From Bacteroidales bacterium (GTDB lineage: Bacteria > Bacteroidota > Bacteroidia > Bacteroidales > GWA2-32-17): 64,000 nt of DNA. Where the stretch lies: contig JABUFC010000001.1 of assembly GCA_013314715.1 (NCBI GenBank), positions 100,511 through 164,510 on the forward strand. Direction: 5' to 3'. Both the position numbers and the translations under genes were made by a program. Below are positions 20,801 through 30,122 of the stretch, in pieces; position 1 is the stretch's first letter; each line of letters starts with the position of its first letter. Under the pieces are notes generated by a model. The model was not told where the DNA came from. It searched no databases and saw nothing but the letters and a program-made list of their open reading frames with translations.

Positions 20801-21975
20801 GCGGAAATATTCAATTGAATTATACGACCACCAATGTAGCATGTAATGGTGATTCAACAGGTTCAATACAATTAAGTATTTTAAATATTACCCCACCATA
20901 TTTAGTTAATTGGTCGCATACATCCGATACAAGCCTTATTCAAAATCATTTACCAGCTGGGGCGTATAACGTAACGGTATCTGATACATATGGTTGCACA
21001 TCAGTGGCTACCATTCCTATAGCCGAACCTGCTGCTCTTAATTTAAATTTGAATATTACTCATCCTGCTTGTTATAACTCCAATGATGGTCAAATAACTG
21101 CAAATGTAAATGGAGGGGTAAGTCCTTATTCGTATAGTTGGTCGATAGGTGGTAGTGGAAGTACTATATCACCGCTGGCAGCTGGAGTATATCACCTCAC
21201 TATAACCGATGCCAATCAATGTAGTGTTGTTGCTAATGATATTCAGCTTTCTAATCCACCACAATTAATCGTCTCTACTCAAGCTCAAAATCCATTATGT
21301 TACAATGGTAACGAAGGAATTATAGTTGCTGTGGCTAATGGTGGCACGCCTCCGTATCAATACCAATGGATAGGTGGAGTTGATAATGACACATTAACAC
21401 AAGCAGCAAGCGGAACATATGTTGTAACCGTTGTAGATGCTCATTATTGTACCGCTACATCTAGTGCTACTTTATATAATCCTCCTGCCATGACTTTGAT
21501 GTCCCAAACTCAAGTTATAAATCATATTGGTAGTATAGATATTACAGTACAAGGAGGTTTATTACCCTACACTTATTTGTGGTCAAATGGTGCTACATCC
21601 GAAGATTTAACGAATTTAGGAGGCGGAACCTATATCGTTACTGTTTCGGATGCTCATCATTGTTTATTAGTTGATACTTTTTACATAGACATTCCGCTTG
21701 AAATACCTAATGTAATAACACCTAATAATGATGGTAAAAATGATGATTTTGAAATTATTGGGGTTCAAGGATATGAAAAAGTTTCTATTGAAATATATGG
21801 GCGTTGGGGTGATAAATTATTCGATTTTAAAGGCACTGGTTTAGAATATGTGAATAAATCTAATAGATGGAATGGTAAACATAATGGTAAAGACTTGCCA
21901 ATGGGCTCTTATATATATATTATTAAATTAAATGATGATGATCCTATAACGGGAGTTGTATCCATTGTAAGATAA
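17887..21975 (+). CDS. giant T9SS cell-surface protein with SprB-type repeats and a type-B C-terminal sorting domain
   Basis: 1362 aa. A signal peptide is followed by a choice-of-anchor-L-like N-terminal domain (QLVDKLVGTGVTYSNATFSG...). About 10 repeats follow of the form C.G..(D/N)G.I......GG..PY.Y.W......(Y.V.V.D..GC). The C-terminus is IPNVITPNNDGKNDDFEI...YGRWGDKLF...GKDLPMGSYIYII, the gliding-motility C-terminal domain. Confidence 0.88.
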   Translation: MKKSIFFLLLNFTFMVSYAQFSIYNISTVSNPSNANQLVDKLVGTGVTYSNATFSGSTAGTQSGNAGFFSGGSSSIGISNGIVISTGNVGSTTWDYNNGVWIQYFNNATITGSNTYFGLSTVTGTGDDATLHSIVNANTFDKAVLEFDFVPESNYIQFRYVFASEEYNEWVNNIYNDVFGFFVTSLEADGYNYSNKNIAIVPGTPNTAVAINTINNGPCPDPNNQPWGNSNGTCTNCAYFIDNTYNVRQTEFDGLTTVLTASCYVTPCKQYHMKIAIADVTDPYYDSGVFLEENSFISPIVNQISYTTSNPTAGGGTNMVEGCSNGTLTFSLSSATPMNRNVPFTLGGSAQFGVDYYTIPDISGSYTPPNNYYVTIPAGQQTTTLSIVPVQDGSIEATENIDFGIQTNLCGTPIINSGTVYILDNSTPFSSSLPPTVDICNGSSTTLNATINGGQTPFTYSWNSGHTTNPINVNPGSTTTYMVTITDACGLTTTASSTVNVNPVPSAIPSVTTQSICSGTATNITIGSNVSGADFSWIATPSGNITGYANGTGSLIQQTLVNSDATAGTVTYSIQATANGCTGSTANVVVTVNPSPTITSVDVVNNSVCIGTPDGQITINANGGTAPLSYSLDGGTLQANNVFTQIGTGSHNALVQDANGCQATYNNIQVNGTSGPIINQVQTTDLACYGINTGVITIDATGAVQYSIDNGTNWQVSNTFTNLAAGTYAILVQDAGQCNTPSLAVIQSPSEIMANFVNQDEFCGTPGSSHIVVSGGTPGYSYLWSNGSTLDSIFNITGGSYSVTVTDANNCTKVFNTIVGSVPAPIINVINSTNVSCFNGANGSITIQATGAQFYSIDNGNTWSSNAVFNNLPTGTYQVIVRDANGCTDYDVITLTSPSAMTAEITADPEVCGAPGGASVNITGGTAPYTYLWTTGDTTSAIHGIYHGNYTVTVTDANGCTAQFNANVAYQGGNIQLNYTTTNVACNGDSTGSIQLSILNITPPYLVNWSHTSDTSLIQNHLPAGAYNVTVSDTYGCTSVATIPIAEPAALNLNLNITHPACYNSNDGQITANVNGGVSPYSYSWSIGGSGSTISPLAAGVYHLTITDANQCSVVANDIQLSNPPQLIVSTQAQNPLCYNGNEGIIVAVANGGTPPYQYQWIGGVDNDTLTQAASGTYVVTVVDAHYCTATSSATLYNPPAMTLMSQTQVINHIGSIDITVQGGLLPYTYLWSNGATSEDLTNLGGGTYIVTVSDAHHCLLVDTFYIDIPLEIPNVITPNNDGKNDDFEIIGVQGYEKVSIEIYGRWGDKLFDFKGTGLEYVNKSNRWNGKHNGKDLPMGSYIYIIKLNDDDPITGVVSIVR
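19678..21697 (+). repeat. intragenic degenerate tandem modules (SprB-type repeats, about 70-80 codons each)
   Basis: The motifs GG(T/V)(A/P)PY(T/S)Y(L/S)W and VTV(T/S)DANGC recur at regular spacing in the translated ORF. Boundaries are approximate. Confidence 0.6.
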
Positions 21976-22004
21976 TTAAAATATGAACTTATAAAAATAA
22001 AAAT

Positions 22005-22913
22005 ATGAAAAGATTGATTTTCTTTTTGTTAGGAAGTTTTTGGTTTGCAGCAAATGCTCAACAGCTTCCTTTGTATTCTCAGTATATGATGAATGCTTTT
22101 TTGTTAAATCCTGCAATAGCTGGTAGTGTAGATTATTTTCCAGTACGTTTAACTGCTCGCCAACAATGGGTAGGTATTAATGATGCTCCTTCTACGCAAG
22201 CGTTAAGTGCTCATTATTTATTTGAATATCAAAAATTGGGTGTGGGTGGATATGTTTTTAACGATAAATTTGGTCCAATGAGCCGCATTGGTATACAGGC
22301 TTGTGCATCGTATCATTTACCACTTACAGGCATTAATTCAAAATTGGGGATTGGCTTAGCTTTAAAAGCATTTCAGTTTAAATTTGATGAATCGAAATTT
22401 AAAGCCATTGATGATGCAGATCCAGCATTGTCTTACTCTACAATAACAAAATTTGTTCCTGATGCTGATTTCGGAATCTATTTATACAACGACAAATATT
22501 TTGTTGGAGTTTCGGCCACACAATTAGTTCAACTTAATATTGATTTCGGCGATAGCAGTGTAGATAAAAATGCCATTATTCGTCATTACTATGCAATGGG
22601 AGGATATAAATTTGTATTAAACGATGATTTTGAAGTGGAGCCTTCCTTATTGTTTAAAGGCACTATGCAAACACCCTGGCAAATCGATTTTAATGTTAAA
22701 GGATATTATAAACGAATGTATTGGCTTGGTGTTTCATATCGTTCAAGTAAAGATATAGTGGCTATGCTTGGGGTAAAGGTAAAAAAATATTATTTGGGTT
22801 ATGCTTTTGATTATACTATGAGTAACATTAAACGTTATACCAGTGGTAGTCACGAAATTCTTATCGGTATTAATATTACAGAAGGCAAAAACCGAGGTTC
22901 TAAATTGTTATAA
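22005..22913 (+). CDS. PorP/SprF-family T9SS outer-membrane protein
   Basis: 302 aa. A signal peptide is followed by QQLPLYSQYMMNAFLLNPAIAG, the characteristic PorP/SprF N-terminus. It lies directly downstream of a type-B CTD cargo gene, the usual pairing. Confidence 0.9.
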   Translation: MKRLIFFLLGSFWFAANAQQLPLYSQYMMNAFLLNPAIAGSVDYFPVRLTARQQWVGINDAPSTQALSAHYLFEYQKLGVGGYVFNDKFGPMSRIGIQACASYHLPLTGINSKLGIGLALKAFQFKFDESKFKAIDDADPALSYSTITKFVPDADFGIYLYNDKYFVGVSATQLVQLNIDFGDSSVDKNAIIRHYYAMGGYKFVLNDDFEVEPSLLFKGTMQTPWQIDFNVKGYYKRMYWLGVSYRSSKDIVAMLGVKVKKYYLGYAFDYTMSNIKRYTSGSHEILIGINITEGKNRGSKLL

Positions 22914-22931
22914 TGCATAGAAAATAATATT

Positions 22932-22966
22932 AAAGGCTGTCATTTGAATCGACAGCCTTTTTTTTT
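22932..22966 (+). terminator. intrinsic terminator after the adhesin-porP/sprF pair
   Basis: aaaggctgtc (22932-22941) pairs with gacagccttt (22951-22960), followed by a T-run to 22966. Confidence 0.75.
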
Positions 22967-22977
22967 ACCTTTACGGC

Positions 22978-23814
22978 ATGAATAGCATACAAGGTCCCAT
23001 AGGTGTTTTTGATTCCGGTTATGGGGGGTTAACGGTTTTAAAATCGTTTAAACAATTTTTACCTCAATATGATTTTATCTATTTGGGCGATAATGCTCGT
23101 GCACCTTATGGAAGTCGTTCGTTTGAAGTTATTTTAGAATATTCACTCGAAGCCGTATTATGGCTTTTTAAACAAGGTTGTCCGCTTATTATTTTTGCTT
23201 GTAATACCGCATCGGCAAAAGCTTTACGAACCATTCAACAACGGTATCTGCCTCAAATAGATAATACCAAACGCGTGTTAGGTGTTATTCGTCCAACGGT
23301 TGAAGCGATTGGAAATTATACACAAACAAAAAAAGTCGGGATTTTAGGTACCATTGGTACCATAGTATCAGAATCTTATCCAATTGAAATTAAAAAGTTA
23401 TATCCAGAAATTACAACCTACCAACATGCCTGTCCTTTATGGGTGCCAATTGTAGAACACGAGGAAATGAATACGCCCGGTGCCGATTATTTTATCGAAA
23501 AAGATATTCGAGCCTTATTAAGTCAAGATAGCGGTATAGATACCATTATTTTGGGATGTACACATTATCCTTTATTACTACCTACTATTGAACGTTTTGT
23601 TCCCGAAGGAGTAAAAATTATTTCTCAAGATGTTATTGTTGCTCAAAGCTTGAAAGATTATTTGAAACGTCATCCCGAAATAGAGACACGTTGTACAAAA
23701 ACTGGAACAACTACTTTTTATACTACTGATAACGAAGAATTATTTAATAAAAGAGCTAATATTTTTTTTGGCGAAGAAGTAAATGCTCAAAAGGTTATTC
23801 ATTTAAATATATAA
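22978..23814 (+). CDS. murI: glutamate racemase
   Basis: 278 aa with GVFDSGYGGLTV, ACNTAS and GCTHYP motifs. Confidence 0.94.
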   Translation: MNSIQGPIGVFDSGYGGLTVLKSFKQFLPQYDFIYLGDNARAPYGSRSFEVILEYSLEAVLWLFKQGCPLIIFACNTASAKALRTIQQRYLPQIDNTKRVLGVIRPTVEAIGNYTQTKKVGILGTIGTIVSESYPIEIKKLYPEITTYQHACPLWVPIVEHEEMNTPGADYFIEKDIRALLSQDSGIDTIILGCTHYPLLLPTIERFVPEGVKIISQDVIVAQSLKDYLKRHPEIETRCTKTGTTTFYTTDNEELFNKRANIFFGEEVNAQKVIHLNI

Positions 23815-23878
23815 AATTTGACCCATAATTTAAAGCTTTTATATACAATTCGTCTTTTATACTTTAAACTTTTTCTGT

Positions 23879-23886
23879 TATCTTTG
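23879..23886 (+). promoter_or_regulatory. -7 box TAtcTTTG for purL
   Basis: Exact TAnnTTTG match 22 nt upstream of the ATG at 23908. Confidence 0.5.
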
Positions 23887-23907
23887 TAAAAGAAAAAAAA
23901 CACCACC

Positions 23908-26130
23908 ATGAATCAACAAGTAAATATAGAAACTGCAAAAGAATTAGGTATTTTACCCGAAGAGTTTGAAATGATAAAAAAAGTTTTAGGTAGAGTTCCA
24001 AACTTTACTGAATTAAGTATATATTCTGTAATGTGGTCAGAACATGCATCCTATAAGAACTCTATAAAATGGTTAAAAACATTACCTCGTAAGGGCGAGT
24101 ATTTATTAGCTGAAGCAGGAAGCGAAAATGCAGGCTTGGTAAATTTAGGTAATGGCTTGGCTTGTGCTTTTAAAATAGAATCACATAATCATCCATCGGC
24201 TGTTGAACCCTATCAGGGAGCAGCAACTGGAGTAGGTGGCATCAATCGTGATATTTTTACAATGGGAGCTCGACCCATTGCTCAATTAAACTCTTTGCGT
24301 TTTGGAAACTTAAAACTTGATCGAACCAAATGGTTGTTAAAAGGAGTAGTAAAAGGAATTGGCGATTATGGAAATTCTTTTGGCGTGCCCGTAGTTGGAG
24401 GCGAAGTATATTTTGATGAATGCTACAATTACAATCCATTAGTAAATGCCATGTCGGTTGGTATTGTTGAAACTAATAAAATTATATCGGCAACAGCCAA
24501 AGGCGTAGGAAACCCTGTATACATTGTTGGCTCTTCTACAGGTAAAGATGGGATACACGGTGCTACTTTTGCAAGTGCTGATTTGCATGAGAAATCTGCT
24601 GACGATATTCCAAGTGTACAAGTTGGCGACCCCTTTATGGAAAAACTTTTATTAGAAGCCACACTCGAACTTAATGAAAATGGTTTAATTGTTGGTATGC
24701 AAGACATGGGCGCTGCTGGTATTATTTGCTCCACATCGGAAATGTCGGCTCGTGGTAAGTGTGGTATGAAAATAGATCTATCTAAAGTGCCACTTCGTCA
24801 ACAAAATATGGAACCATGGGAAATACTTCTTTCAGAATCGCAAGAACGAATGTTAGTTGTTGTTGAAAAGGGCAACGAAGCTAAAGTAGAGCAAATACTT
24901 CAAAAATGGGATTTACATTATGCTATTATTGGTGAGGTAATTGATGAAGATAAATTGTATTTTTATTTCAATAACCAACTAGTGGCAGAAGTACCAGCAG
25001 AATCGCTTGTTCTAGGAGGTGGCGCCCCGGTATATGATAGAGCGTACAAAGAACCAGATTACTTAAAACAATTAAGTAGTTTTAATATTGATGATATTGA
25101 TATACCAGAAAATTTAGTTGAAGTGGCTAAACAAATAACTCAAATTCCTACTATAGCTTCAAAACGCTGGATATACGAACAATACGATACCATGGTTAGG
25201 ACCGTAAATATGACGACTAACTTACCTGCTGATGCTGGAATCGTTAATATTAAAGGTACCAATATCGCATTGACATTGACGGTTGATTGTAACTCTCGAT
25301 ATGTATATGCTAATCCGCAAGAGGGAACGGCTATGGCAGTGGCCGAAGCTGCCCGAAATATTGTATGCGCTGGTGGAAAACCTATCGCTATTACAAATTG
25401 TTTAAACTTTGGTAATCCTTATAATCCCGAAGTATATTGGCAATTTGTCGAAGCTATCAAAGGAATGTCTAAAGCTTGTAAAAAGTTTGAAACTCCCGTT
25501 ACAGGTGGAAATGTTAGTTTCTATAATCAAACTGCTATCGACGGTAAAATAGAACCCATATTCCCAACTCCGGTTATTGGTATGCTGGGAGTTATGGATA
25601 AGAAAAACCAGATGTCGTTAGCATTTGAGCGTAAAGGCGATATGATATACCTAATAGGCCCTTCGAAAAACGATATTGCATCGTCGCAATATTTAATTCA
25701 TTATCATGGAGTAGAAAAATCGCCTGCACCTTATTTTGACATTGAAGAAGAATATAAGTTGCAACAAATTATAATGGAATTAATTGAACATAGAATGATA
25801 TGTTCGGCTCACGATGTTTCAGAAGGAGGATTATTTATTACATTACTTGAATCGTCTATTCCCAATCAATTAGGTTTTGATATAACTACAGATAGCGAAA
25901 TTCGCGAAGATGCCTTTTTATTTGGTGAAAGTCAAAGCAGGGTAGTCGTATCGGTTTGTCCATCGCGTGAAGATGCTTTTATCGATTTTATGGTAAAACA
26001 AAATTTCCCCTTTATCACTCTTGGGCATGTTACAAAAGGTGAATTGCGTATTGACGATGTATCGTACGGATTTATCAAAGATTATACACAATTATATAAT
26101 AATGCAATTGAGAAAATCATGAACGCATAG
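23908..26130 (+). CDS. purL: phosphoribosylformylglycinamidine synthase subunit PurL
   Basis: 740 aa with [11 protein letters not shown] and [21 protein letters not shown]. This is the small (PurL/PurQ/PurS-type) form. Confidence 0.95.
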   Translation: MNQQVNIETAKELGILPEEFEMIKKVLGRVPNFTELSIYSVMWSEHASYKNSIKWLKTLPRKGEYLLAEAGSENAGLVNLGNGLACAFKIESHNHPSAVEPYQGAATGVGGINRDIFTMGARPIAQLNSLRFGNLKLDRTKWLLKGVVKGIGDYGNSFGVPVVGGEVYFDECYNYNPLVNAMSVGIVETNKIISATAKGVGNPVYIVGSSTGKDGIHGATFASADLHEKSADDIPSVQVGDPFMEKLLLEATLELNENGLIVGMQDMGAAGIICSTSEMSARGKCGMKIDLSKVPLRQQNMEPWEILLSESQERMLVVVEKGNEAKVEQILQKWDLHYAIIGEVIDEDKLYFYFNNQLVAEVPAESLVLGGGAPVYDRAYKEPDYLKQLSSFNIDDIDIPENLVEVAKQITQIPTIASKRWIYEQYDTMVRTVNMTTNLPADAGIVNIKGTNIALTLTVDCNSRYVYANPQEGTAMAVAEAARNIVCAGGKPIAITNCLNFGNPYNPEVYWQFVEAIKGMSKACKKFETPVTGGNVSFYNQTAIDGKIEPIFPTPVIGMLGVMDKKNQMSLAFERKGDMIYLIGPSKNDIASSQYLIHYHGVEKSPAPYFDIEEEYKLQQIIMELIEHRMICSAHDVSEGGLFITLLESSIPNQLGFDITTDSEIREDAFLFGESQSRVVVSVCPSREDAFIDFMVKQNFPFITLGHVTKGELRIDDVSYGFIKDYTQLYNNAIEKIMNA

Positions 26131-26132
26131 CC

Positions 26133-26831
26133 ATGATGCTCGATAAATCGAACGAAAAAATTGGAGCTATGTTTGATAATATAGCCCCAACTTACGATAC
26201 GCTGAATCATATCTTATCATTTAATGCAGATAAAAAATGGCGAAAAAAAGCAGTAGATGAGCTATTGTCTAATAGACCTACTACAATATTAGATGTAGCA
26301 ACTGGTACAGGCGATATGATTATAGAAATAGCTAACAGAGGCAATTTTAACATAATAGGAATTGATATATCTACGAAGATGCTAGCCATAGCAAAAGAAA
26401 AACATCAATTTTTACAATTAAAGAATATACAATATATAGAATCGGCTGCTGAATCAATTCCTATTAGCGATGCTTATTTTGATGCAGCAAGTGTCGCTTT
26501 TGGCGTTCGAAATTTTGAAAATTTACCCAAAGGATTAGCCGAAATTTATCGAGTGTTGCGTGTTGGTGGAGTATTGGTTGTATTGGAGTTTATTAAGCCC
26601 AATAACAAATTAACACGTGTCTTTTTGAGGTGGTATTTAAAATATATATTGCCTTTTATAGCTTATCTTATTTCAAAAAATCGCGATGCTTATAAATATT
26701 TAGCACAGAGTATCGATGAGTTTTATACTAAAGACAATTTTCAGCAAATATGCCAACATGCTGGTTTTAAAATTTTAAAAACAAAAGTATTGTTTATGGG
26801 TTTAGTTGCTATTTTTGTATTAAAAAAATAA
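26133..26831 (+). CDS. ubiE: demethylmenaquinone / ubiquinone-type C-methyltransferase
   Basis: 232 aa with FDNIAPTYDTLNHILSF and SAM-binding LDVATGTGD. Confidence 0.9.
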   Translation: MMLDKSNEKIGAMFDNIAPTYDTLNHILSFNADKKWRKKAVDELLSNRPTTILDVATGTGDMIIEIANRGNFNIIGIDISTKMLAIAKEKHQFLQLKNIQYIESAAESIPISDAYFDAASVAFGVRNFENLPKGLAEIYRVLRVGGVLVVLEFIKPNNKLTRVFLRWYLKYILPFIAYLISKNRDAYKYLAQSIDEFYTKDNFQQICQHAGFKILKTKVLFMGLVAIFVLKK

Positions 26832-26857
26832 AAAGATATTTTTCCCGTTATAGGAGC

Positions 26858-27616
26858 ATGAAATTTAAATTATTACTCATATTATTTATATTTTGTTTAA
26901 TACATATATCTGTTAAGTCGCAAAAAGAATCGACAGCACCTACTAATTTGCCCAAATATGATGTAATTCCATTGCATTTTGGCATGTCTTTAGGTTTTAA
27001 TTATATGGATTTTACTATTCACAATTCTTCTGCTTTTTGGTTACTCGATTCTGTTTATTCAGTAGAAAATATCCCTCAAGTTGGTTTAAATATAAATATT
27101 GTATCGAATTATAATATTCCATTTTCAAATTTTTCGATTCGTTTTTTGCCTGGACTTAATTTAGGTCAGCGAAATTTAGAATATTGGGTTAAAAAAGATA
27201 CAACATTTTACACACATACTATGAAAATAGAATCAACCTTTCTCGATTTCCCTTTATTGTTAGAATATAAAGGTGCGCGTATAAATAATTTTCGTCCTTA
27301 TTTAATAGCTGGTGGAAGTATAAAAGTAGATTTGGCATCGCAAAAACGTATTCGCGATGATGAGCGACCCAAGATTAGACTTGGTCGCTGGAGCTATTAT
27401 TATGAATTAGGCTTTGGCACAGATTTTTTTTTAGAATACTTTAAGTTTGCAATGGAACTTAAGTATGTGGTTGGTTTAAATAATGTTCTTGTACCTGATA
27501 ATACGCAGTTTACAAAGGCTATTGAACGTATGAATAGCAAAATGCTTATGCTTTCGTTTACATTTGAAGGTAGCGATATTCGGATATTTAAATTTGGAAA
27601 ACGTAAAGGAAAATAA
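26858..27616 (+). CDS. porT: PorT-family outer-membrane beta-barrel protein
   Basis: 252 aa with a signal peptide and alternating beta-strand pattern. From memory, a location directly after ubiE is the common Bacteroidota position for porT. The call rests on context and general resemblance. Confidence 0.65.
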   Translation: MKFKLLLILFIFCLIHISVKSQKESTAPTNLPKYDVIPLHFGMSLGFNYMDFTIHNSSAFWLLDSVYSVENIPQVGLNINIVSNYNIPFSNFSIRFLPGLNLGQRNLEYWVKKDTTFYTHTMKIESTFLDFPLLLEYKGARINNFRPYLIAGGSIKVDLASQKRIRDDERPKIRLGRWSYYYELGFGTDFFLEYFKFAMELKYVVGLNNVLVPDNTQFTKAIERMNSKMLMLSFTFEGSDIRIFKFGKRKGK

Positions 27617-27622
27617 TTTAAC

Positions 27623-29170
27623 TTGATTCAAAAAGTTACCATAATTATTTCGCCCGCTGATGCTAAAAACGATAATAAAATAATAAATTATTTAGCTCAG
27701 CAATTGAAAATAAATTCTAAACGAATTGTTTTTATACAATTGATTAAGCGTTCGATTGATGCTCGCAATGCACAGGTAAAATTACAGTTAACCTATTTAG
27801 TTCATATCGATAAGTTTGAGGTCATAAAAGAAAATGAAGCTTTTATACCTCAAAAATTAAAAAAAGATAAATCGGTTATAATAATAGGCTCGGGACCTGC
27901 TGGTTTGTTTGCTGCTTTGCGTTTAATTATGTTAGGAATTAAGCCCATTGTTTTTGAACAAGGAAACGATGTGCATCAACGCAAACGCGATATTGCTCAA
28001 ATGTATCGGATCAATGAAGTAAATGAGCAATCGAATTATTGTTTTGGTGAGGGTGGAGCTGGGACTTTTTCAGATGGAAAGCTTTATACTCGTTCGTCAA
28101 AGCGTGGAGATATTGAATGGTTTTTAAAATTGTTGATACAAGCTGGTGCTTCGACTAATATTGCTATCGATGCTCATCCACATATTGGTAGTGATAAATT
28201 GCCGGCAATTGTAGAAAATCTTCGCAAATGGATAATACAATCGGGTGGGGAAGTACATTTTGCCTCAAAAGTTAATCGACTCATTGTTAATAATGGTATT
28301 TGCAAGGGTGTTGAAGTTAATGGTGATGAAACTATTTATGCCAATGCTGTTATACTAGCAACGGGGCATTCGTCGCATGACGTATATAAAATGCTTGATG
28401 AATTAGGAGTTGAGCTTTTGCCAAAAGGTTTTGCTTTAGGGGTTCGTATTGAACATCCACAAAAATTGATAAATACGATTCAATATCATGATGAAAAATA
28501 TATAAAGTATTTACCTGCTGCAGAATATAAAGTTGTAGAACAGGTAAATGAGCGAGGCGTTTATTCTTTTTGTATGTGCCCAGGGGGTATGGTTGTTCCT
28601 GCTTCAACTCAAAAAGGGTTGACGGTAGTAAATGGAATGTCGGCTTCGCATAGAGGTTCGCCATTTGCTAATAGCGGTTTTGTTGTAGAAATACGTCCAG
28701 AAGATATTGCTAAACAGGCTACTGCGGCTGATATGTTAGCATTTCAGTTGGCAATTGAAAAAAAAGCTTATCAAATGGTTGAAAATGGCTTAAAAGCCCC
28801 AGCACAGCGAATAGTCGATTTTATGCAAGGCAGAGTATCTGATCATTTGCCGACTACATCGTATATTCCGGGTCTAGTTTCATCGCCTATGCACCAATGG
28901 CTCCCTATTTTTATAGTAGAACGATTAAAGGGAGCATTCAAGAAATTGCAATACCGAATGAAAGGATTTATTGATGCTGAAGCTATTATGATTGGTGTAG
29001 AAAGTCGTACCAGTTCGCCTGTTCGTATTCCACGAAATCTTGATACTTATGAACAATTGCAAATAAAAGGCTTATACCCTTGTGGCGAAGGAGCCGGTTA
29101 TGCAGGAGGAATTACGTCGTCTGCTTTTGATGGGGTAGCTGTTGCTGAAGTTATTGCACAAAAATGGTGA
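27623..29170 (+). CDS. FAD-dependent oxidoreductase (COG2509-like)
   Basis: 515 aa with dinucleotide-binding IIIGSGPAGLFAA and a conserved C-terminus CGEGAGYAGGI. The ORF-track start is a TTG and no earlier in-frame ATG exists. Confidence 0.82.
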   Translation: MIQKVTIIISPADAKNDNKIINYLAQQLKINSKRIVFIQLIKRSIDARNAQVKLQLTYLVHIDKFEVIKENEAFIPQKLKKDKSVIIIGSGPAGLFAALRLIMLGIKPIVFEQGNDVHQRKRDIAQMYRINEVNEQSNYCFGEGGAGTFSDGKLYTRSSKRGDIEWFLKLLIQAGASTNIAIDAHPHIGSDKLPAIVENLRKWIIQSGGEVHFASKVNRLIVNNGICKGVEVNGDETIYANAVILATGHSSHDVYKMLDELGVELLPKGFALGVRIEHPQKLINTIQYHDEKYIKYLPAAEYKVVEQVNERGVYSFCMCPGGMVVPASTQKGLTVVNGMSASHRGSPFANSGFVVEIRPEDIAKQATAADMLAFQLAIEKKAYQMVENGLKAPAQRIVDFMQGRVSDHLPTTSYIPGLVSSPMHQWLPIFIVERLKGAFKKLQYRMKGFIDAEAIMIGVESRTSSPVRIPRNLDTYEQLQIKGLYPCGEGAGYAGGITSSAFDGVAVAEVIAQKW

Positions 29171-29816
29171 ATCCAATTATCTAAAATTAATAATTTAAAG
29201 AACGTTGCAAAAATCCAAACATTTAAAAAATTACAGAGGAAAAATAATAAAAAACTTATTTGCTGTTTATTGAAATTTGTTTTATTTTTGTATAGTTAAC
29301 ATCTGTAATGCTTTTCAGGTATTATATACAAGCTCTTTTTAGCTTACAAAAACTGTAAGTGAAAGGGCGGAGCTGTAGAATAAAATGAGCAAAAATAGTT
29401 TACAAAAAATTAAATCGCCTTTTAATGATTTGTAATTTATCTTTTATATTTGTAAAAAAATAAAACGCTACATTATAGCGCTTATACATCCAAATATGGA
29501 AATAAGGCGCAATAAAGTAGCGCATATAAACGAGTTATATTTCATTGCTCGTATTCACAAGTATTAGTGTTTCATATTAGCTGAGTTTATTTTTTTAGCA
29601 TATCATAAAATTATCACCTCAGAAGCTTTTTCGAGCAAAAATACTTTTCACACGCTTTGTCATGAAATTTGTACGGGCATGAAAACAAAAAAATGGGCAA
29701 CAAAATAAACGTTCTACGAAATAAACCACTTTATTGAGCTTATTGGAGAAAGGGAGCAATACAAATTTCCATGCCAAAGCTTACTTAACAGCATACTTCG
29801 CAACACAAACATAACA

Positions 29817-29920
29817 GCCGCTTGGTAGCATTTTTTAGTTTATTTTCAATAACACTTGGATATTATAAATAAATGTTTTAACTTTGTCGAGCAACGTTCA
29901 TAAAAACGCTACCAAGCGGC
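29817..29920. repeat. 13-bp perfect inverted repeat with a 78-nt AT-rich spacer
   Basis: gccgcttggtagc (29817-29829) and gctaccaagcggc (29908-29920) are exact reverse complements. The match extends to 19 of 20 positions if the adjacent T/A run is included. Confidence 0.85.
29856..29886 (+). promoter_or_regulatory. candidate promoter of the metal-efflux operon (-33 TTG, -7 TAacTTTG)
   Basis: TTG at 29856-29858 and TAACTTTG at 29879-29886 are 20 nt apart, matching the Bacteroidota promoter architecture. The promoter lies inside the spacer of the inverted repeat. Confidence 0.5.
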
Positions 29921-30046
29921 GGAACGTTGGCAGCAATGGTAACGGACGACACTACCAAGACCAAACGGACAGAAAAAACGAGCAGACAATGACACAAGAC
30001 AAAGATTTAATTTTTGCCCAACACACATTTTTTTGTTTTTCTGCCA

Positions 30047-30122
30047 CCGCACAAGTGGCACATTTGGTTTTGCCCGACACACAACGCCAACGCTTCGCAA
30101 AACCAAAAGAGCCACTTTTTCC
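30047..30122 (+). repeat. C/A-rich block cluster, left copy (partner at 38325-38434)
   Basis: The left copy contains, in order, ccgcacaag, gcacatttg, cgacacacaa, acgcttcgcaaaa, caaaagagc and ctttttcc. All six recur in the same orientation at 38325-38434. Confidence 0.6.

Noticed and set aside
29192-29206. 15-mer aatttaaagaacgtt shared between 29192-29206 and 4798-4812, both just downstream of gene ends.
   Set aside because: At this AT-rich composition, a back-of-envelope estimate gives on the order of ten chance 15-mer matches across a 64-kb window on both strands.
29754-29772. gagcaatac ... tttccat at 29754-29772 also occurs at 38631-38662, suggesting a further flank repeat.
   Set aside because: It is one 9-mer plus one 7-mer with different spacing. 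By rough estimate several such matches are expected by chance between two flanks of a few hundred bp. I do not count it as evidence.
29201-29928. Apparent enrichment of the palindrome AACGTT (29201, 29708, 29893, 29923; also 38820) and a repeated 10-mer aaaacgctac (29462-29471, 29903-29912).
   Set aside because: The counts are suggestive for one pre-chosen word but not after allowing for all possible hexamers or decamers. A proper word-enrichment test against the whole genome is needed.
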